Part shown: piece by piece, positions 55,737 to 64,000 of the stretch | Layout of the letters: the number at the start of each line of letters is the position of its first letter | Position numbering within the stretch: the first letter of the stretch is position 1 | Source: the human T2T-CHM13v2.0 reference genome, Homo sapiens | Strand: one strand, 5' to 3' | Length of the DNA: 64,000 bases | Assembly: GCF_009914755.1 (NCBI RefSeq) | Contig: NC_060933.1 | The notes under the pieces: model-generated | What the model saw: the letters and a program-made list of their open reading frames with translations, nothing else | Database searches by the model: none | Told to the model about the DNA's origin: nothing | Made by a program: the position numbers and the translations under genes

Positions 55737-56866
55737 TTCCAGTAAAGGAGGCAATTAAGGAGGAGTAGTGTCCCAGAAACTAAGAGTGCCTTCAGAGTGA
55801 TTACCCTGTGTCAAATGAAAGCTAAGAACTATGAAACGACCAACGGATTTAGCAGCAGAGATTAGGAGGGGCCTGGGAGCCTAGTCCTTTGTGGACGTTT
55901 GGGAGGAATGACAGGGCAAGCTGGGTCATCCCTGACATGTGGGCTCTGAGCCTAGAGGCAGAGCTGGGTTACAGAGTAGGAATCCCCCAGGAGGCATGGA
56001 TTTGCAACCTGGGGTGAGTGGAGAGGAGCCAGCCAGGGCCTACTATGCCTGACACGGTGGTATTGGGGGTGAAGAGTCGGTTTCAGGTTGGCCAACTTAC
56101 CTGGACTCCACATTCAGTCACAAATTGACTTTTGATGTTGTTTCTAAATGCAGTTATACATATAGTCTTTCGGATTTGTGTTCTTTAGAATGTTAAAATA
56201 TCTAATTTTTATAACCATGTTTCTTCCATTTTTAAAATACCAGGAATCCTGAGAAGCAGGAGTGATCTATGCCTTACCCTCAGAACAGGGCCAGGACGAG
56301 GGTGAGGCATGCTTGGTGTGTAAAATGCAGAAGTTAAGGCAAGAGCAGGGTCTTTGGGAATGAATGCACTTTAGGCACCTCTCTTGCCTTACCTGAGTCC
56401 AGGCCCTACCTACCTCACATACTGCCAGGTAGTGTGCCTTCCTTTCATTGTGGGAGCCTCCACATTAGTGGTGGGTCCTGGAGAAGGCAGACCATAGACT
56501 GGAGGATCTCCTGTTTTGGGTGGGGGCAGACACTACTCTGGGAGCCCAGAAAAAAAGCCAACTGAGAACTATGCCTTTCAGCTAAAAAGTGGGTGCACAC
56601 TGCCACCCTGTGGTCAGCCAGGGGAAGATTCTTAGGACTGTTCCCAGGATTGCACCGGCAGAGGTAAGACCAAGACACACTCCAGGTCACCCTGCCCTGA
56701 ATTTCTCAAATTGTGGCATTCGCAGCTGTGTTGGAAGAAATCTTATTGAACATGTTGATCTCTGGCAATGGAGCTCAGTAGTCTGAGTTACTGACTCAAA
56801 GAGTGTCTTAGGTGATTCTAAGGCACACTCAAGTATATAGTCCCTACTAGTCAAAAGCCACTGTCT

Positions 56867-57178
56867 TGTCAGGCATGGTGGCTTGTTTCTGTTATCTCAG
56901 CTACTCTGGAGACTGAGGAAGGATCACTTGAGGCCAGGAGCTGGAGATCAGCCGGGGCAACATAGCAAGACCCCATTTCTAAAAAAAATTTAAAAAGCTA
57001 ACCAGGCATGGTGGCATTTGCTACTCATAAGGTCCCAGCTACTCATAAGGCTAAGGCAGGAAAATTGTTTGGGACCATGAGTTCAAGGCTGCAGGGAGCT
57101 ATGATCATGTCACTGTGCCACTGCACTCCAGCCTGGGCAACAGAGGAGACCCCATCTCTTAAAAAAAAAAAAAAAAAA
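56867..57178 (+). mobile_element. Alu (J-like)
   Basis: Diverged dimer with A-tail. Confidence 0.9.
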
Positions 57179-57286
57179 TCTACCATGAATCACACAGCAA
57201 GAGAGAGATCTTCCTGAGGTCCCCAGGGGTCAGAGGCTTTTTCCGGCTGCTCAGACACACAAAAAGATGGAACAGATCAACAAATC

Positions 57287-57292
57287 TTTATT
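57287..57292 (-). terminator. SIGMAR1: SIGMAR1 poly(A) signal
   Basis: AATAAA on minus strand ~890 nt after the stop codon. Confidence 0.85.
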
Positions 57293-57348
57293 AATAGAAA
57301 CAGACAGATGGACAGAGAATGCAGCAGGGGCTGTGTGAAAACTGTGAT

Positions 57349-57389
57349 ATGTGTGTGTGTGTGTGTGTGTGTATGTGTTGTGTGTGTGT
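57349..57389. repeat. Interrupted (TG)n microsatellite in SIGMAR1 3' UTR
   Basis: tgtgtg... run. Confidence 0.9.
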
Positions 57390-58177
57390 AAAAGGCCTTC
57401 TCCAGGCCAGGAAGGGCCCCTTGGAATTAGGCCCACCTGTCTAGATCCTCTCCTCAGTGGTGGGTCCTGGGCTGAAACCAGCTTCCACATCATACCCCCA
57501 AAGGAAGAATGGGGGTCTTTCTGGAATGGAAGACGCTGACTTCAAGCATTCTTCAAATTACTCTCGTTCCCCAGCTGAGCTTTGTTGCTGAGGGGGTTGG
57601 GGACAAGCCACAGGGGCACTTGCATAGCAGGGGAGTAGAATGGGGATAAGGCATATGGTGAGGACAGGGGAGAAGGGGAAGGGCATCATAGCTGCAGGTG
57701 AAGGGGGCCTCCAAAAGGCAGCTCCTCTTCCCCCTCATCCCCTCAAATTGCTGCTGGGTTGAGGAGTCAGACTGAGGCAGTATAATACCCTCCCCCATCC
57801 TTAACTCTAGAACCCCGGTTTGGTGGGGAGGAGGTGGGAAGCTGTGGAGCTATGGAAAGGCCTCAGTTAGTGAGTCAAGCTGTGATGTGTGTGTCTGAAC
57901 ACAACTGGCTCCCTTGGTATACCGGGGGCTCCCTCTCCAGATGGGTGTGAGTGCATGGTCCTACTGTACACACAGGTCTCAGTATCTATATGTGTCTCAT
58001 TTGTTCCCATGGGTCTCTGTGTTTGGATACATAAGCATGGATATCCCTGCTCATACAGCAGGAACTCAGGATCTGCATGGTGTATGTCCCTGTCTGTAAA
58101 CATGGGCTCCAGCAAGTGGATATGTGCGGGCCTGCCCGCTCCTGTCCATCCGCAGGTCTTCCTTCAGGCCTGGCTGG

Positions 58178-58486
<309 letters not shown>

Positions 58487-58897
58487 CTAGGGGTGGGGAA
58501 TGGAGAGGGAGCTTCAGAAAAACAAAAAGCCCTACCTCACTGGGCTGGCCCAGATGGCCACTCCTAAATGTTCTGTGGCATCATCTGACCCACGTCCTCT
58601 CTTTGGAGAAGCCATGGACGGCTACCTCGCTTGGCCATGGACCCACTGTATGGAAGTCTGCACTCCCAAGCCTCACTCGAATCAAGCAGAAATTTAGCTA
58701 AACCTGGGCTGGGCTTGTAGCTAGGAAAGGGGTAGTTCCAGGACTTGTGAGGCTTTATCTGAAAAGTGTAGCTGTTCAACCACCATGCCTGCGATGCATA
58801 CACCCAACCTCAAATATACTGGGAAGTCCAGTGCTCTATTTCTTAAGTAAATTGTTTCACTATTAAAAAAAAAAAAAAAAAAAAAAGGCAGGGGAGC

Positions 58898-59378
<481 letters not shown>

Positions 59379-59537
59379 TCAGCTCTGCCCCAACCAATCA
59401 CCTGTGGCTTATGGGAGGGTGGAGGAAGGGAACCATGAGGAGGGCCCCCCCAACACACTCCTTTTCCATGCCATGCTCCCCGCAATTGTGGGCACCCCCC
59501 GCGTGAAGGGACCCACTTCTCTGACAGAGCCTTCTTA

Positions 59538-60039
<502 letters not shown>

Positions 60040-60042
60040 CTA

Positions 60043-60700
<658 letters not shown>

Positions 60701-61513
60701 CAGTTCAAGCTGGGAGCCCCAGGGTGGGCATTCCAGAGGCGGTGACACCTGAGCAGTGTCTTTAAGAGCTCGCAGAAGGGGCATGCCAGCCCACAGGGAC
60801 CAGCCCCTAGAGCAAAGGCCTCCGAGGAGAGACAGCTTGGGGTCTTCAGGGGCCTACAATTCCTTCTCTGTTCTGCGGCACAAAATGTGAGAGGAGGCCT
60901 TGTAAACCAGCTGAGGGTTATCAGCAAGGGAGGAAGGGGATTAGATTTTGCCACCGAGTGGCACAGGACTGTCGAGTGGAGGGGAGCAAGATGAGTCAGG
61001 GAGACCATGACTGTGGGCCAGGTAAGAGGGAAGGTCTGTGTCAGTGGAGATGGAAGAAAGAAATGAGCTTAACAACTCTGGAAATGGAGTTGGCAGGGCT
61101 TGATCTCTTCTTCCTGGAATACTCTTTCCCCCTTTATCCTATCCCCACTTTCCCCTTATTTGGCTAACATCCTTTGCATGTCTAGTGGGCAGTTGAGTGT
61201 CCAGGTCTCGAAGCTCAGCTCCAGTCTGGAGATAGAGCTGGGAGTTGTCATTCATTCAGATACTTTGTTGGCACTTGTATGTGCCAAGTTCTGTGGTGGC
61301 CATTAGGGATATGGCTAGAAACAATGGTCCTACTCCCCAGCTTAGAGATCTCACTGGAGAGTCTACAGAAAACCTCTAAGAATGGATGAAATCTCACAGG
61401 GAGAGAGAATAGAGTAAGATAAGGCTAAAGACAGAGCCCTGGAGAGCACCAACAGCAAAGGGTAGGCAGAGGAAGAAGAAAGCAAAAAGGAAAAGAAACA
61501 AAAGAGAAAAGAG

Positions 61514-61750
61514 GTAGCATTGTGCAGTGATTAAGAAATAAACTCTGGAGCTGGACTGCCTGAGTTCAAGGCCTGGCTCCTGCTACCTACTAGTTGTCTG
61601 ATCTTGGGCAGTTTACTTAAAATCTCTGTAACTTAGTTTTCTTACCTGTAAAATGGAATGGAGATAAGTACCTACCTCATAGTACATATCTTCATTGTGA
61701 TGAGATTAGATGGGTTAATATTTATAAAGCAGTTAGTGCCTCACATGGTG
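61514..61750. mobile_element. MIR SINE
   Basis: tcttgggcagtttacttaaaatctctgtaacttagttttcttacctgtaaaatgg core. Confidence 0.75.
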
Positions 61751-61840
61751 AGAATTTTATGTGATGGTTATATATATAAAACATAAAGGAACTGGAAAAA
61801 AGTAGCCTCATACATTTTTGACCTTAAAGAAAGAAACTGA

Positions 61841-63075
<1,235 letters not shown>

Positions 63076-63079
63076 TTAA

Positions 63080-63966
<887 letters not shown>

Positions 63967-64000
63967 ACAAGCAAGTTTTTAAAGGCAAAAGAGGACAAGG

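Overview
Primate, almost certainly human, GC-rich and Alu-rich genomic DNA that I recognise as the 9p13.3 cluster. All protein-coding genes are on the minus strand. In window order they are: the 5' non-coding end of CNTFR (coding exons lie left of the window) with the probable 3' end of CNTFR-AS1 on +; about 20 kb of intergenic repeat/enhancer sequence; RPP25L (163 aa, one coding exon); DCTN3 (7 exons, 186 aa, last intron U12-type); ARID3C (7 coding exons, 412 aa); and SIGMAR1 (4 exons, 223 aa). An Alu cluster ends the window. I rebuilt the exons by hand from splice sites, and their lengths sum to intact ORFs. Almost all other ORFs in the supplied track are GC-rich or Alu artefacts. I found no CRISPR, tRNA, rRNA or foreign insert, and no clearly new multi-gene system. 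The best leads are: (1) a stop-free, ATG-less, paralog-like N-terminal extension of ARID3C, suggesting GUG/CUG initiation; (2) a candidate intronic CpG-island first exon of CNTFR with a 102-codon ORF ending in phase 0; (3) ARID3C intron 6 built partly from tandem copies of its own exon 6 donor junction, mostly with GT changed to GC; (4) an 8-codon uORF and a candidate 47-nt cassette exon in the CNTFR leader; (5) a 32-bp-period decayed tandem array; (6) a local inverted duplication. Repeat family names, paralog sequences and gene identities come from recall, not from database searches.
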